From assembly GCA_002269645.1 (NCBI GenBank), contig NIVC01000251.1, positions 434,001 through 498,000 of the forward strand: a DNA stretch of 64,000 bases, written 5' to 3'. Below the pieces are notes generated by a model, which was given only the letters and a program-made list of their open reading frames with translations, had not been told where the DNA came from and did not search any database. This DNA comes from Macrostomum lignano. Its lineage: Eukaryota. A program made the position numbers and the translations under genes. This document shows, in pieces, positions 1-15,891 of the stretch (its first letter is position 1; each line of letters starts with the position of its first letter).

Positions 1-1849
1 ATATAAAATTTATACTTGAGGCCTTTCAAGTCGTAAATTATTTGTTATAATAGATAGTAACAATTTTAAAGTACTGTTTCAAGGGCCTATGGAAGGGAGA
101 CACACAGGACAATTTGTATATTTTTATATTAATTCAAGCACATGTTAAATTTAATACATACAAATTCATGCATCGATGCCACTTATGAAAGGTTTCAGAA
201 CTTATAAACTGCACAAAACAGATTATATTTTGTTTAAGTTCTAAAAATTACACGAAACTAATGTACGTCCATCGCGGTCCGGTCCATATTTTTCATTGTC
301 CCAATTGTTTTAAGGATAGCTGTCGTTAATTTATAGTTTCACTTGATTTTTAAAAGTTAAAATGATTTGCATTGCGTATCATATATTTTAATTTTTAAAT
401 TAGATATTTAAAAACGATATGTATAATAATGATCACCAATTGTAAAAATGTTATCAATGTGTTACTGCATGAATCATTTCATTTTTTAACTTGCACATTA
501 TAGTAAACTTCTATGTTTGCACATAGAGAATTTATCTAGCTGTCACTAACTTGTTAATAGATATTTTAATTTATTTTGATAATATTAGCATAGCGCGGTC
601 ATTCGATGCTTATATTTTATTTCTTCTAATCAAAATGTGTTAATACAATATTTTTGTTATAAACTTTATTTTTCTCGGCGGCGTTTGTGGTGATTCGCGC
701 CTTTAGCAAATTATTTGGTGATTCTCTTCCTCGATTCAATGGCTTTGTTAAATTAAAATGTAATAAACACCTCGTGTGCTTATATTAACACGCCTACATG
801 TAAATTGAATATATAAATACATAACTATAGCTGTCACATCAACTGCCGGTCCCACTGCACGTGGATCGGATCAAATATCAATTCATATGCAGTTATATTT
901 TCTGCATCTACTTTGTCTATTTTTTCAAAGCAACACTGTAGCTTATAAAACCGCCACATATTATTTTGAATATAAGAAATATTGCCATATTATTACAGAA
1001 ATACGAAACTACTTTTTAAATCGTGGTAATTGTCTTCCTTGTACTGGACTCGTCGTAAACAATTAATAAAGTACATGTTAAAACAAAAATGCAGACAGAA
1101 ACTAATTAGAGAAACAAATTTTGAAACATTCAAAACCTTTCGATCTAAGTTATTTATCTCGTTGGGGATAAAAAATTCATGCTTGCATCAGTCAGCCGGT
1201 TTAATTTTTAAATGTGCTCTCTAGATATGGCTACTGCAGTATTTTAATTAATGCAATCGTCGCTATAAAACACAGCGGGAGTATTAACTACCACTCTAAA
1301 AATCTAGCGGCTACTCAGCTAAATCATGATGAGCCTACACATCATATATGACTGACTGTGTATTTTTAAATGGCATATACGGTACATTAACTGCCTGCCT
1401 GCCTGTCTATGACATCCGCAAACTGCTGCTGTACATGACAGAAAAATTCTTGTTTATTCCTAACCCAGCTCTGCAACCCCCTAATCGCAGCAGTTATTCC
1501 ACCGTTTACCCGGGTCCTCTACATTGAAGTAGCTCACATATCGTTTATTAGTAATAGCTATATTTGTAGACAATTTCAGCAAATTATTCGTCTAATAGCT
1601 TCTCTGCTTCTTGAAAAATACTTGTCCTGCAACTGCAGGTGTTGATAATAATAATATTGCAATATATGGCAGGTTGAATCGGTTTTGATTGTGCTTTATT
1701 TCATTTACACTTTGTGTGAATGCATGTCTTGCAGGCAGCTTTGGATTGGCATTTTTCGGCGGAGGGTATGAGCGATTGAGTCTGCTCATTTAGTCTCCTT
1801 TCCCGTCTTTCCTCTCCGGCTCCTTCTGTGTCCCCTACAGCCTACCGCT

Positions 1850-2480
1850 CCCCTCCCTTCTCTCCCCCTCTCCCTCTCTCCCCTCTCCCTCTCTCCCCTC
1901 TCCCTCTCTCCCCTCTCCCTCTCTCCCCTCTCCCTCTCTCCCCTCTCCCTCTCTCCCCTCTCCCTCTCTCCCCTCTCCCTCTCTCCCCTCTCCCTCTCTC
2001 CCCTCTCCCTCTCTCCCCTCTCCCTCTCTCCCCTCTCCCTCTCTCCCCTCTCCCTCTCTCCCCTCTCCCTCTCTCCCCTCTCCCTCTCTCCCCTCTCCCT
2101 CTCTCCCCTCTCTCCCTCTCTCCCCTCTCCCTCTCTCCCTCTCCCTCTCTCCCCTCTCCCTCTCTCCCCTCTCCCTCTCTCCCCTCTCCCTCTCTCCCCT
2201 CTCCCTCTCTCCCCTCTCCCTCTCTCCACTCTCCCTCTCTCTCTCTCTTCTCCCTGTCTCCCAGCTCTCTACTCTCCATCTCCCTCTTTCCCTCTCCACC
2301 GCCCTTTCCCTCGCCCTCTCTATCTCCCCATCCTTCTGTCCCCTTTACGTCTCTTCCCTCCCTCCCTCTCTTCGCTTTCCTTCCGTCCCTTTTTCTCTTC
2401 CTCTCCTCTCTCCCTCTCTCCCATCTCTCTCTCTCTCCCTCTCTGTCTCCATCCCCTTCTCTCAATCTCCCTTTCATCAT
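1850..2480. repeat. Polypyrimidine/polypurine satellite, 15-bp unit CCCCTCTCCCTCTCT, degenerating to CT-rich sequence
   Basis: Directly visible tandem unit; the ORFs at 1786-2553 are translations of this repeat. Confidence 0.95.
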
Positions 2481-3289
2481 CTCCCCTTATCCTTCTTCAA
2501 GTCCCCCAGCGATTTTAGGCGCCCACTTCAAGCTGATATTTCAGTCCCTCTGATCAATATCAGAGTCTCATTCTCTCTCGCAGAATTAATCTTAATCCAT
2601 TTAATATTTGCAATCCCCCTACCCTTCTCTTCCCTCCCTTTCCGATTGCCTCATCAAATTTCTCCGAGAAGCTCGCATGGACAATTAAAATCGCATTAAA
2701 AAGCGGCAGAATACTCTCGTAGCAGGCAGCCTCTCAGAGATATTATGTTCACTTTATTCTGTAGATGAACAGAAGTAGATTGGTAGATAGAAAAGGTAGA
2801 TAAGCAGAAATTTATTGGTAGATAGAGAAGTAGATAAACAGAAATAGATTGGCAGATAGATTCTTGCCAGGATTATAGTCAATAACATGGCAGTACATCC
2901 ACATGAGATGAAAATACAGTTATGGATGGTCGACACAAGAAGGTTGAACCAGAGTCACAGCTACGGTACTGCAGATTAGCAATAAAGTGCTGCATCCACT
3001 CGCCAGCGCTATCATCAATGGCTCTCCATGCCGTGTTGTTTTTATCTGGTTGTAAAAAAAGTACAAAGTACGAAGAGCATCGAATCGTTGCCCTTCCCTT
3101 AACGGCTTCCCATTCTCCCCCCGATACTGCAGTCTGCCTGTCTGTATTTTTGCACTCTGGTTTGCCTACTTTTTCTGCATGAATACGGATATAGCAGATG
3201 TGAAATACGCGCATAGATGGATGCTATAATTTAAACTGTTTCAAGCAGATAGATGGAGATAGATGCATGCAGCTATTTGGGAATTGGTA

Positions 3290-4770
3290 GATGGATAGGT
3301 AGATAGACAGAAGTAGATTAGTAGATAGATAATTACTACAAGGATCAGTCGATATATCGGTTGATAGATCGGTCGACGATAGACATGGCAGATAGATTAG
3401 TAGATAAATGATAGATCGGTAGATAGATTGGTAGATAGATCGGTATATAGATTAGTAGATGGATCAGTCAATAGACAGGGTAGAAAGATCGGTAAATAGA
3501 TTGTAGATAGATCGGTAGATAGATTGGTAGATAGATCGGTAGATGGATTGGCAGATAAATGATAGATCGGTCGACCATAGACATGGCAGATAGATTGGTA
3601 AATAGATGATAGATCGGTCGATAGATTCTTAGATCGATCGGTAAACAGATGATAGATCGGTCGATAGATTAGTAGATCGATCGGTAGATAGATGATAGAT
3701 CGGTCGATAGATTCTTAGATCGATCGGTAAACAGATGATAGATCGGTCGATAGATTAGTAGATCGATCGGTAGATAGATGATAGATCGGTCGATAGATTC
3801 TTAGATCGATCGGTAAACAGATGATAGATCGGTCGATAGATTAGTAGATCGATCGGTAGATAGATGATAGATCGGTCGATAGATTAGTAGATCGATCGGT
3901 AGATAGATGATAGATCGGTCGATAGATTAGTAGATGGATCAGTCAATAGACGGGGTAGAAAGATCGGTGGATAGATTGGTAGAAAGATCGGTGGATAGAT
4001 TGGTAGAAAGATCGGTGGATAGATTGGTAGATAGATCAGTGGATAGATTGGTAGAAAGATCGGTGGATAGATTGGTAGATAGATCAGTGGATAGATTGGT
4101 AGAAAGATCGGTGGATAGATTGGTAGAAAGATCGGTGGATAGATTGGTAGAAAGATCGGTGGATAGATTGGTAGAAAGATCGGTGGATAGATTGGTAGAA
4201 AGATCGGTGGATAGATTGGTAGAAAGATCGGTGGATAGATTGGTAGAAAGATCGGTGGATAGATTGGTAGAAAGATCGGTGGATAGATTGGTAGATAGAT
4301 CGGTAGATAGATTGGTAGAAAGATCGGTGGATAGATTGGTAGATAGATCGGTAGATAGATTGGTAGATAGATCGGTAGATAGATTGGTAGATAGATCGGT
4401 AGATAGATTGGTAGAAAGATCGGTGGATAGATTGGTAGATAGATCGGTAGATAGATTGGTAGATAGATCGGTAGATAGATTGGTAGATAGATCGGTAGAT
4501 AGATTGGTAGAAAGATCGGTGGATAGATTGGTAGATAGATCGGTAGATAGATTGGTAGATAGATCGGTAGATAGATTGGTAGATAGATCGGTAGATAGAT
4601 TGGTAGAAAGATCGGTAGATAGATTGGTAGAAAGATCGGTGGATAGATTGGTAGAAAGATCGGTGGATAGATTGGTAGAAAGATCGGTAGATAGATTGGT
4701 AGATAGATCGGTAGATAGATTGGTAGAAAGATCGGTGGATAGATTGGTAGATAGATCAGTAGATAGGCAG
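3290..4770. repeat. GATA-derived minisatellite, 24-bp unit GATAGATTGGTAGAAAGATCGGTG
   Basis: Tandem 24-mer (8-aa periodicity VERSVDRL in the ORF track) with a more degenerate left portion. Confidence 0.95.
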
Positions 4771-5290
4771 GGATGTAAAAGTAAATTATCAATGACAAAT
4801 ATTTTATTACCAGATCTGCTGCATCAGGATCAGACAGTTACTCTCACCAAGTCATATAATATTAATGAATGTGCAGTAGCAATGTATAAATAAATGACAC
4901 CCTCATCGTTATAATTAATTTTATGCGCATATTATTACATTCATATAGAGTGCTCGCGAGTAAATGTGTAAAAACTGTAGCAGAACGAAGAGGCTGAGAT
5001 GGGGAGCTGAGAAGAGACGAATGATGAAGAAGAAGAAGAGTTGAGCAAATCTTTCGAATGGCCCAGCTGATGACGAGATGGTTGCACTGCAGGATTTCTC
5101 TGACTGCTTCCGATTGGCTGGCTTGCCCACGGTTTCGGGGTGGCTGGTCTGGACTGACCACTGCAGCCTCAGTTTTAAAGTGTTCGCTTTTGCAACTGCT
5201 TTTAGAGGTGTGAATCTTCTGTCTGCCACTGCTTCTGCTTTTGCTCAGCAGCAGAAATGAAAGCTGGATTCGCGCGTAAGTTTCTCATGG

Positions 5291-5870
<580 letters not shown>

Positions 5871-6344
5871 GATAGGGGCGTAAATTTTTTATTGCTAGTC
5901 GCTCCATAAAGGCAGTTGCGGTCAGAGGGTCGCAAAGGATCTGGCCGCGAGAAGCGAAAGAGTTTCACATTCACGCGGGATTCTTTCCCCAGGCCCTGAG
6001 TACAATTTCGCTCTCAATCCTGTTGTATTTAAATGGTTCTCATTCCCATTGAAAGGAAGAGTTGACATTCGTGCTTTCTAGTTTATATTTTGACCAACTA
6101 AGCGTGCTAGTGATTAATCTAGAACGACCTTCAGTAGTATACAGTGTAAATATTTTGTTAAAATGCCATTACATAGAGCTTTTAACGCATCAGAATTTCC
6201 TTGCTGTAACGCGCAGATCTCGAAGAAAAACATTTGATTATCTCTAGAGTGAATTTTTGGGTGAATTTTTTCTAGAAAAGCATATTGTTGGCAGACTTAA
6301 GAGGATTGATTAAAAGATTTGCGCGCTTAAGCCAGTATTTGTCT

Positions 6345-7600
6345 CTAGAGATTCAACCATTCTGTCTATAGACATTTAACCATTCTGTCTATAGACATTC
6401 AACCATTCTGTCTATAGACATTCAACCATTCTGTCTATAGACATTCAACCATTCTGTCTATAGACATTCAACCATTCTGTCTAGAGACATTCAACCATTC
6501 TGTCTATAGACATTCAACGATTCTGTCTATAGGCATTAAACCGTTCTGTCTATAGACATTCAACGATTCTGTCTATAGACATTCAACGATTCTGTCTATA
6601 GACATTCAACCATTCTGTCTATAGACATTCAACCATTCTGTCTATAGACATTCAACCATTCTGTCTATAGACATTCAACGATTCTGTCTATAGGCATTAA
6701 ACCGTTCTGTCTATAGACATTCAACCATTCTGTCTATAGACATTCAACCATTCTGTCTATAGACATTCAACCATTCTGTCTATAGACATTCAACCATTCT
6801 GTCTATAGACATTCAACCATTCTGTCTATAGACATTCAACCATTCTGTCTATAGACATTCAACCATTCTGTCTTTAGACATTCAACCATTCTGTCTATAG
6901 ACATTCAACGATTCTGTCTATAGGCATTAAACCGTTCTGTCTATAGACATTCAACGATTCTGTCTATAGACATTCAACGATTCTGTCTATAGACATTCAA
7001 CCATTCTGTCTAGAGACATTCAACCATTATGTCTATAGGCATTAAACCATTCTGTCTATAGACATTCAACCATTCTGTCTAGAGACATTCAACCATTCTG
7101 TCTATAGACATTCAACCATTCTGTCTATAGACATTCAACCATTCTGTCTAGAGACATTCAACCATTCTGTCTATAGGCATTAAACCATTCTGTCTATAGA
7201 CATTCAACCATTCTGTCTATAGGCATTAAACCATTCTGTCTATAGGCATTAAACCATTCTGTCTATAGACATTCAACCATTTATCTATAGACCTTCAACC
7301 ATTCTCTCTATAGGCATTAAACCATTCTGTCTATAGACATTCAACGATTCTGTCTATAGGCGTTAAACCGCTCTGTCTATAGGCATTTAAGCATTCTGTG
7401 TCGATAGACATTCAATTATTTTGTCTATAGACATTTTAAATATCCATCGATACACATAATGTCTACAGACTTTCAAGTAATTTGTCTATAGATATTTGAG
7501 TATTCTGTCTATAGATATTCAAGTAATCTGTCAATGGACTTTCAAACATCTGTCTATAGACTTCCGGATATCTATCTATAGACTTCAAATATCAGACTAT
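6345..7600. repeat. 23-bp minisatellite ACATTCAACCATTCTGTCTATAG
   Basis: Tandem 23-mer with palindromic GTCTATAGAC across unit junctions; degenerate after about 7430. Confidence 0.95.
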
Positions 7601-7888
7601 ATAGACGTTCACAGGCTTACAGAAGCATCTGTCTGCATACATTAGCCATTGGTCAAAACTGAGTTGACCGGAACTAGAAAATTCGCATAAAAAAGTCTTC
7701 ATTTTTCAGTTTCAAGTTTATCGAAGTTTGCGTTTACACAATTGGGGCATTTTAGAAATTTGCGCTGTTTACATTGGCGCAGAGGAGATGGAACCTTATC
7801 TGCCTTCCCGCGGGACTTGTTGCACAGTTTTTGTAGTGATTCATTTATCTATGGTGGTCAGTGGCTGCGAGATAAACGACTTTACTGG

Positions 7889-8087
<199 letters not shown>

Positions 8088-8354
8088 GTTCTGCATTGCT
8101 GGCTAAAATGAATGGCCCTGCACTGTATTAATCGTCTGTAGGTGTCCGGGAAGTTTTTCGATGCAGAAAGCGATGGGATCGGATTGATTTGCGTCCACTG
8201 TTTGCACGCTCACATCCTGCTTTTTCTTTGCTATCGGGGGGGGGGGTTGTAAATCAATTTATTTTTATTACATGCGTACTTTAAGTTCCAGTTTCTATGC
8301 ACTGATGCGTGAGTGAGTGAATTCGAATGAATAATGGATACATTAAAGTTTGAA

Positions 8355-8950
8355 TGAGTAGTTTGAAGTGTGAATGAGAGGTTTGAGGTGTGAATGAGAG
8401 GTTTGAAATGTGAATGAGAGGTTTGAGGTGTGAATGAGAGGTTTGAGGTGTGAATGAGTGGTTTGAGGTGTGAATGAGTGGTTTGAGGTGTGAATGAGAG
8501 ATGTGATGTATTAATGAAAGTGTGAATGAATATTTGAGGTGTGGATGAGTAGTCTAAACTGGGAATAAGTAAGTGTGAATGAAAATTTTAACGTGTGAAT
8601 GAGTGGTTTGAAGTGTGACTAAGTGGTTTGAGGTGTGTTTGAGGTGTAAATGAAAGTTTTAAAGTTTGAATGCATGGTTGAAAGTGTGAATGCATGGTTT
8701 AGTGTAAATGCATGGTTGAAAGTGTGAATGCATGGTTGAAAGTGTGAATGCATTGTTAAAATGTGAATGCATGGTTTAGTGTGAATGCAATGGTTTAAAG
8801 TGTGAACGTATAGTTTAAAGTGTGAATTCATGGTTTAAAGTGTGAATGCATGGTTAAAATGTGAATGCATGGCTTAAGGTGTGAATGCATGATTGAAAGT
8901 GTGAATGCATTGTTTGAAAGTGTGAATGCATTGGTTGAAAGCGTGAATTC
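8355..8950. repeat. ~20-bp minisatellite with GTGTGAATG core (GTGTGAATGAGAGGTTTGAG shifting to GTGTGAATGCATGGTTGAAA)
   Basis: Tandem degenerate 20-mers in two sub-arrays. Confidence 0.85.
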
Positions 8951-9459
8951 ATGTGAGTGACGGAAGCTACAAGGGTGAAAAAATGAAAACTGGTAATAAA
9001 GGAGAAATTCAGAAGAAATCACTTCCGAATAGTTAAAAGTACATTTCGAATAGAGCTTTCGATTGCAAGAGGTCGTAAAGTTCTTTCCTCGTCGCCAACC
9101 TGGGGCTCGCATAAACCCCCCAGGTAAAGTTATTATTATTAACTATAATTACGATTGTAAATCATAAACTGAGTTTGCATCTCCTCCTTTCCTCTGTCTT
9201 TCACCTCTAGACGAAGATTTTTCTGGCATTTGCGCAGATTGAAATCTGTATTAGGATCGAGCCAGAGGGGTGCCGCATGGATGCAGATAGCAGATGCAGG
9301 GGATTCAGGCTAAGTTAAATTATTCAATCCCTTTGCTTGTGCACTCAGGCTAAAGCAGAAGAGAAATCCATTGCTTTCTCTGGCACAAAACTTGTTGAAT
9401 TTTGAAAAACTATTAAGCTATAAACACCTGAAGTATTTGTTAAGTATTGGAAAACAGGA

Positions 9460-10090
9460 GAGATATAGAGAGGGGGAGAGAGGGAAAAGGAGAGGGGAGA
9501 CGGGAGAGGGAGAGACGGGAGAAGGAGAGAGGGGAGAGGGAGAGACGGGAGAGGGGAGAGGGAGAGAGGGGAGAGGGAGAGAGGGGAGAGGGAGAGAGGG
9601 GAGAGAGGGAGAGAGGGGAGAGGGGTAGAGAGGGAGAGGGAGAGAGGGGAGAGAGGAGAGAGGGAGAGAGGGAGAGAGGGGAGAGGGAGAGAGGGGAGAG
9701 GGAGAGAGGGGAGAGGGAGAGAGGGGAGAGGGAGAGAGGGGAGAGAGGGAGAGAGGGGAGAGGGGTAGAGAGGGAGAGGGAGAGAGGGGAGAGAGGGAGA
9801 GAGAGGAGAGAGGGAGAGAGGGGAGAGGGAGAGAGGGGAGAGGGAGAGAGGGGAGAGGGAGAGAGGGGAGAGTGAGAGAGGGAGAGGGGGAGAGGGAGAG
9901 AGGGGAGAGGGAGAGAGGGGAGAGTGAGAGAGGGAGAGGGGGAGAGGGAGAGAGGAGAGGGAGAGAGGGGGAGGGAGAGAGGGGAGAGGGAGAGAGGGGA
10001 GAGGGAGAGAGGGGAGAGGGAGAGAGGAGAGGGAGAGAGGGAGAGGGAGAGAGGGGAGAGGGAGAGAGGGGAGAGGGAGAGAGGGGAGAA
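9460..10090. repeat. Polypurine satellite, 15-bp unit GGGGAGAGGGAGAGA
   Basis: Direct inspection; repeated G3/G4 tracts with 3-5 nt spacers. Confidence 0.95.
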
Positions 10091-10529
10091 TATGCCAAAT
10101 TCTTCAGAGAGATTCTAGGGAAAGCAACTTGATGAGAGGTTGCTGACAGATGGGACAGGAAAGAGACACCAGTCGGAATAGGGCTGATGGAGTGAAGGAA
10201 ACGAACTCAAGCTCTAGAGCAGCATGAAGAAGTTTGAGCAGAGTAAGCCAGATATAAATATAGAGGTGAAGGCATTTCTGTAAGTTCAGTCTTGCCCGAA
10301 GCAGTAAGTCATAATTATAGTTTCTGGGTCGGTTCTGTTTGAGTTCGTGTCAATCAAAATGCACCTCTAGCTGTGCATGCATATAAGTGTGTTTGCGTAT
10401 TTCTGTAATACGGAATGACATATCCCCTTGGGGTGAACCGAGTTCCCCTCAGCTGAGCCTAACTCACAGCACTAACTCAATAGTGAACCCGGGAAGTTCG
10501 AATTAAATATTGATTTCTCATACTGATTT

Positions 10530-11335
10530 TTTAACTTGGACGAGATTCTCATAGATTAGGGTGAGATGTTTATATATTTTGGTAAGATTCTAATATAATT
10601 GAGGCGAGACTCTGATAGATCGGGTGAGATCCTCAGAGAATAGGGTAAGATCATCATAGATTGGGATGAGATTCTCATATATTAGGGTAAGTTTCTAATA
10701 GATCGGCTGAGATTCTAATAGATTAGGGTGAGATTCTTATAAATTTTGGTGAGATTCTAATAAATTTGAATGAGATTCTAATAGATTCGGGTGAGATTCT
10801 TATAAATTTGGGTGAGATTCTAATAAATTTGAATGAGATTCTAATAGATTCGGGTGAGATTCTTATAGATTTGGGTGAGATTCTAATAAATTTGAATGAG
10901 ATTCTAATAGATTAGGGTGAGATTCTAATAGATTAGCTAAGATTCTAATAGATTGGGACGAGATTCTAATAGATTCAGGTGAGATTCTAATAGATTAGGG
11001 TGAGATTCTAAAAGATTAGGGTGAGATTCTAATAGATTAGGGTGAGATTCTAATAGATTAGGGTGAGATTCTAATAGATTAGGGTGAGATTCTAATAGAT
11101 CGGGTGAGATTCTAATAGATCGGGTGAGATTCTAATAGATTAGGGTGAGATTCTAATAGATTAGGGTGAGATTCTAATAGATTAGGGTGAGATTCTAATA
11201 GATTAGGGTGAGATTCTAAAGATCGGGTGAGATTCTAATAGATTAGGGTGAGATTCTAATAGATCGGGTGAGATTCTAATAGATTAGGGTGAGATTCTAA
11301 TAGATTAGAATGGGATTCTAATAGATTCTCATATC
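10530..11335. repeat. 21-bp minisatellite GAGATTCTAATAGATTAGGGT
   Basis: Direct inspection. Confidence 0.93.
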
Positions 11336-11756
11336 TTAGGGGAAAAGCTGTGAGAATCTGCTGTTAAGCCAGTCAGTCAAGTTCCAATCTTTCCCGGCCT
11401 CACTGACGGGGAAAGTGTGTGGGCGTGGGACTGCAAAAGCGATAAGATAAGAGCGGTACGAATATGCACGAATTCTGCCTAGCAACCAGGCCGAACCATT
11501 CGGGGTTAAACTTTGCTTTCGAATTGGTCAGTTTTAATGGCGCAAATATGGCCCATATGGGGCCATTCGGTGGCAATTTTTTTCCCGGAGATCTGCAGGT
11601 CAGCGTTGCATGATTGTTCAGAGATTCGCAGTGGGAGGCAGACTGTATGCCAGTAGCGACTTTTCGAATTCCGAATTGTGCTTCGATTTCGTGGAAAGCC
11701 GGTCTTGCGGGCTGAAAATAAAAAAAGGAAATTCATGCCGTTTTGAATTTTAGTCA

Positions 11757-12345
11757 GGATTCTCATATGCATTGGGTGAGATTCTCATATGCATTGGGTG
11801 AGGTTCTCATATGCATTGGGTGAGATAGATTCTCATATGCATGGGGTGATATTCTCATATGCATGGGGGAGATTCTCATATGCATGGGGTGAGATTCTCA
11901 TATGCATGGGGTGAGATTCTCATATGCATGGGGTGAGATTTTCATATGCATGGGGTGAGATTCTCATATGCATGGGGTGATATTCTCATATGCATGGGGT
12001 GAGATTCTCATATGCATTGGGTGAGATTCTCGTATGCAAGGGGTGAGATTCTCATATGCATGGGGTGAGAATGAGATTCTCGTAAAAATGGGTGAGATTC
12101 TCATTATTAGGGTGAGATTCTCATAAATAGGATGAGATTTTCATAAATAAGCGAAGGTGATATTCTTGTAGATAGGGTGAGATTCTCGTAGATAGGGTGA
12201 GATTCTCGTAGATAGGGTGAGATTCTCGTAGATAGGGTGAGATTCTCGTAGATAGGGTGAGATTCTCGTAGATAGGGTGAGATTCTCGTAGATAGGGTGA
12301 GATTCTCGTAGATAGGGTGAGATTCCTGTATATAGGGTAAGATTT
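11757..12345. repeat. Two adjacent minisatellites: 22-bp GAGATTCTCATATGCATGGGGT and 20-bp GAGATTCTCGTAGATAGGGT
   Basis: Direct inspection; both share the GGGTGAGATTCTC core. Confidence 0.92.
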
Positions 12346-12939
12346 TCCAGGTGAGATCATATTGATAGAGACTGTCAGTAGTCCAGGTGAGAGACCCTAT
12401 CAAAAGCAGAGTGAGATTCTAACTAGCCATGAGAAGGATTCGCCCTTGCCTGAGTGCTTCGAACTTTCCAGTAAAAATTCGCCGAGACTAATTAACTATT
12501 CGCAGATCCGAAGTGACGACAGAAACCCCCAGGCAGTCTACGAAACTCTGCCGCACTCCCAGCTTGGTCACCGAATAATTCTAATTAAGAAGAAGCCTTC
12601 GCTCGCTGCCAAGCGTTAAAAGTACATTTCACAAGCATAGGGCTCTTCAGCAGCCTTGGTAGATATCCTCTACGTTGCTAGGATCGAAATGGATTTTTCT
12701 GCTAGCTAATTGGCCTGTCTGTCATCTGTGATCAACAAGTGTACTTGAATTTTTTGTTGCTAGCTAGCGCCATCAACTTTTTTCTGAGAGTCTGTAAAAT
12801 GCTGCAATATAAGGCTTTTCTTGATACGGTTTCACCCAAGCAGCCAAAATTTATATGTAGATATTTTAAAGTACATTATTGATAGTTAATCTGTGTCAAA
12901 ATAGGGTTTAGGAGAGATGATTGCCTTATTTTTAAATTG

Positions 12940-14670
12940 AATCTTGAATCTCAGTTTATGTTGTCACAGAATCTCAGTTTATGGTGTCACAGAATCTCAG
13001 TTTATGGTGTCACAGACTCTCAGTTTATGGTGTCACAGACTCTCAGTTTATGGTGTCACGGAATCTCAGTTTATGGTGTCACAGACTCTCAGTTTATGGT
13101 GTCACAGACTCTCAGTTTATGGTGTCACAGACTCTCAGTTTATGGTGTCACGGAATCTCAGTTTATGGTGTCACAGACTCTCAGTTTATGATGTCATTGA
13201 ATCTCAGTTTATGATGTCATTGAATCTCAGTTTATGATCTCATTGAATCTCAGTTTATGATGTCATTGAATCTCAGTTTATGATCTCATTGAATCTCAGT
13301 TTATGATCTCATTGAATCTCAGTTTATGATGTCATTGAATCTCAGTTTATGATCTCATTGAATCTCAGTTTATGATCTCATTGAATCTCAGTTTATGATG
13401 TCATTGAATCTCAGTTTATGATGTCATTGAATCTCAGTTTATGATGTCATTGAATCTCAGTTTATGATCTCATTGAATCTCAGTTTATGATCTCATTGAA
13501 TCTCAGTTTATGATGTCATTGAATATCAGTTTATGATGTCATTGAATCTCAGTTTATGATGTCATTGAATCTCAGTTTATGATCTCATTGAATCTCAGTT
13601 TATGATGTCATTGAATATCAGTTTATGATGTCATTGAATCTCAATTTATGATGTCATTGAATCTCAGTTTATGATGTCATTGAATCTCAGTTTATGATGT
13701 CATTGAATCTCAGTTTATGATCTCATTGAATCTCAGTTTATGGTGTCACAGACTCTCAGTTTATGGTGTCACAGACTCTCAGTTTATGGTGTCACAGACT
13801 CTCAGTTTATGGTGTCACGGAATCTCAGTTTATGGTGTCACAGACTCTCAGTTTATGGTGTCACGGAATCTCAGTTTATGGTGTCACAGACTCTCAGTTT
13901 ATGGTGTCACAGACTCTCAGTTTATGGTGTCACAGACTCTCAGTTTATGGTGTCACGGAATCTCAGTTTATGGTGTCACAGACTCTCAGTTTATGATGTC
14001 ATTGAATCTCAGTTTATGATGTCATTGAATCTCAGTTTATGATCTCATTGAATCTCAGTTTATGATGTCATTGAATCTCAGTTTATGATCTCATTGAATC
14101 TCAGTTTATGATCTCATTGAATCTCAGTTTATGATGTCATTGAATCTCAGTTTATGATCTCATTGAATCTCAGTTTATGATCTCATTGAATCTCAGTTTA
14201 TGATGTCATTGAATCTCAGTTTATGATGTCATTGAATCTCAGTTTATGATGTCATTGAATCTCAGTTTATGATCTCATTGAATCTCAGTTTATGATCTCA
14301 TTGAATCTCAGTTTATGATGTCATTGAATATCAGTTTATGATGTCATTGAATCTCAGTTTATGATGTCATTGAATCTCAGTTTATGATCTCATTGAATCT
14401 CAGTTTATGATGTCATTGAATATCAGTTTATGATGTCATTGAATCTCAATTTATGATGTCATTGAATCTCAGTTTATGATGTCATTGAATCTCAGTTTAT
14501 GATGTCATTGAATCTCAGTTTATGATCTCATTGAATCTCAGTTTATGATGTCATTGAATATCAGTTTATGATGTCATTGAATCTCAGTTTATGATGTCAT
14601 TGAATCTCAGTTTATGATGTCACAGAATCTCAGTTTATGATGCCATTGAATCTCAGTTTATGGTATTACA
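12940..14670. repeat. 23-bp minisatellite with two alternating subtypes (CTCAGTTTATGGTGTCACAGACT / CTCAGTTTATGATGTCATTGAAT)
   Basis: A-B-A-B block structure; blocks recur at 782 bp (34 units; ORFs at 12981 and 13763 start 782 apart). Confidence 0.95.
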
Positions 14671-15299
14671 GACTATTAATATACTTGTAAATTGTGACTG
14701 TGATATAACAAAGTACAATAATGGTTAAACTATGCAGTTAGGATTTCCTAACATAACTTCGGCTATACAGCGCTCATTCTGCTTATAAAAGTGCCCACTT
14801 TACTTAATCGGATGCAGAATTATTTTCATTAGTAACTGCATCTGCAGGTTCAGGGTGGGCACAAGCTTTGTAACCACTTAGAAACCCATAGTCTCCTGGG
14901 AGAAAAATTACTTTTTTTGCATAAATGAGTACATTTCTCTCTCTCTCTCTCTCTCTTAAACCAAGCAAGCGTGCATGAAGTTGGTAAAACTTTCAGAGTT
15001 CTTTTGAGTGGTCCCAGAGGCTGCTCTGTCGTCTCAAGCGCCGTGTTGCTGGCAAAGAGAAACTTGAGCATAAGGCCGAAGTGGAATGCCTATGTACTAT
15101 ATAATAGTAATATGTAGCTGCAATCTACTGTATAATGCTTTATATTTTTACGTGTTAAAATGTGCAATGTACTCTTACATCATATAACATAGGTCGCAAA
15201 ACGGTTTACCTTATCATGTGTGATTTTAATTTCTATTTTTGATATTCAATAATTTGATTTCTATCGATCCACCAATCAACTTATGTAATTCGCCAATTA

Positions 15300-15461
15300 G
15301 TGAATCAATCAACCAATCAAATCAATCACTCAATAAACTAATCAGTAAATAAGCCAATCAATAAGTCAAGCAATCAGTCAATCAATCAATCAATCAATCA
15401 ATCAATGAATCAATCAATCAATCAGTCAATCAATCAATTAATCAATCAATCAATCAATCAG

Positions 15462-15493
<32 letters not shown>

Positions 15494-15501
15494 CCAATCA
15501 G

Positions 15502-15532
<31 letters not shown>

Positions 15533-15533
15533 G

Positions 15534-15564
<31 letters not shown>

Positions 15565-15599
15565 GTCAATCATTCAATCAATCAACCAATCAATCAATT

Positions 15600-15644
<45 letters not shown>

Positions 15645-15679
15645 GTCAATCATTCAATCAATCAACCAATCAATCAATT

Positions 15680-15716
<37 letters not shown>

Positions 15717-15726
15717 GTCAATCATT

Positions 15727-15790
<64 letters not shown>

Positions 15791-15847
15791 TAATCAATCA
15801 ATCAATCAATCAGTCAATCAATCAATCAGTCAATCAATCAATCAATT

Positions 15848-15891
<44 letters not shown>

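Noticed and set aside
2879-5260. Non-repetitive ORFs at 2879-3214, 2922-3182, 4862-5229 and 5078-5260
   Set aside because: No recognisable motifs and no consistent splice partners found.
7788-7870. MEPYLPSRGTCCTVFVVIHLSMVV as the first exon of the qvr-like gene
   Set aside because: The available donor is phase 0 and does not give a coherent signal peptide with the downstream exon.
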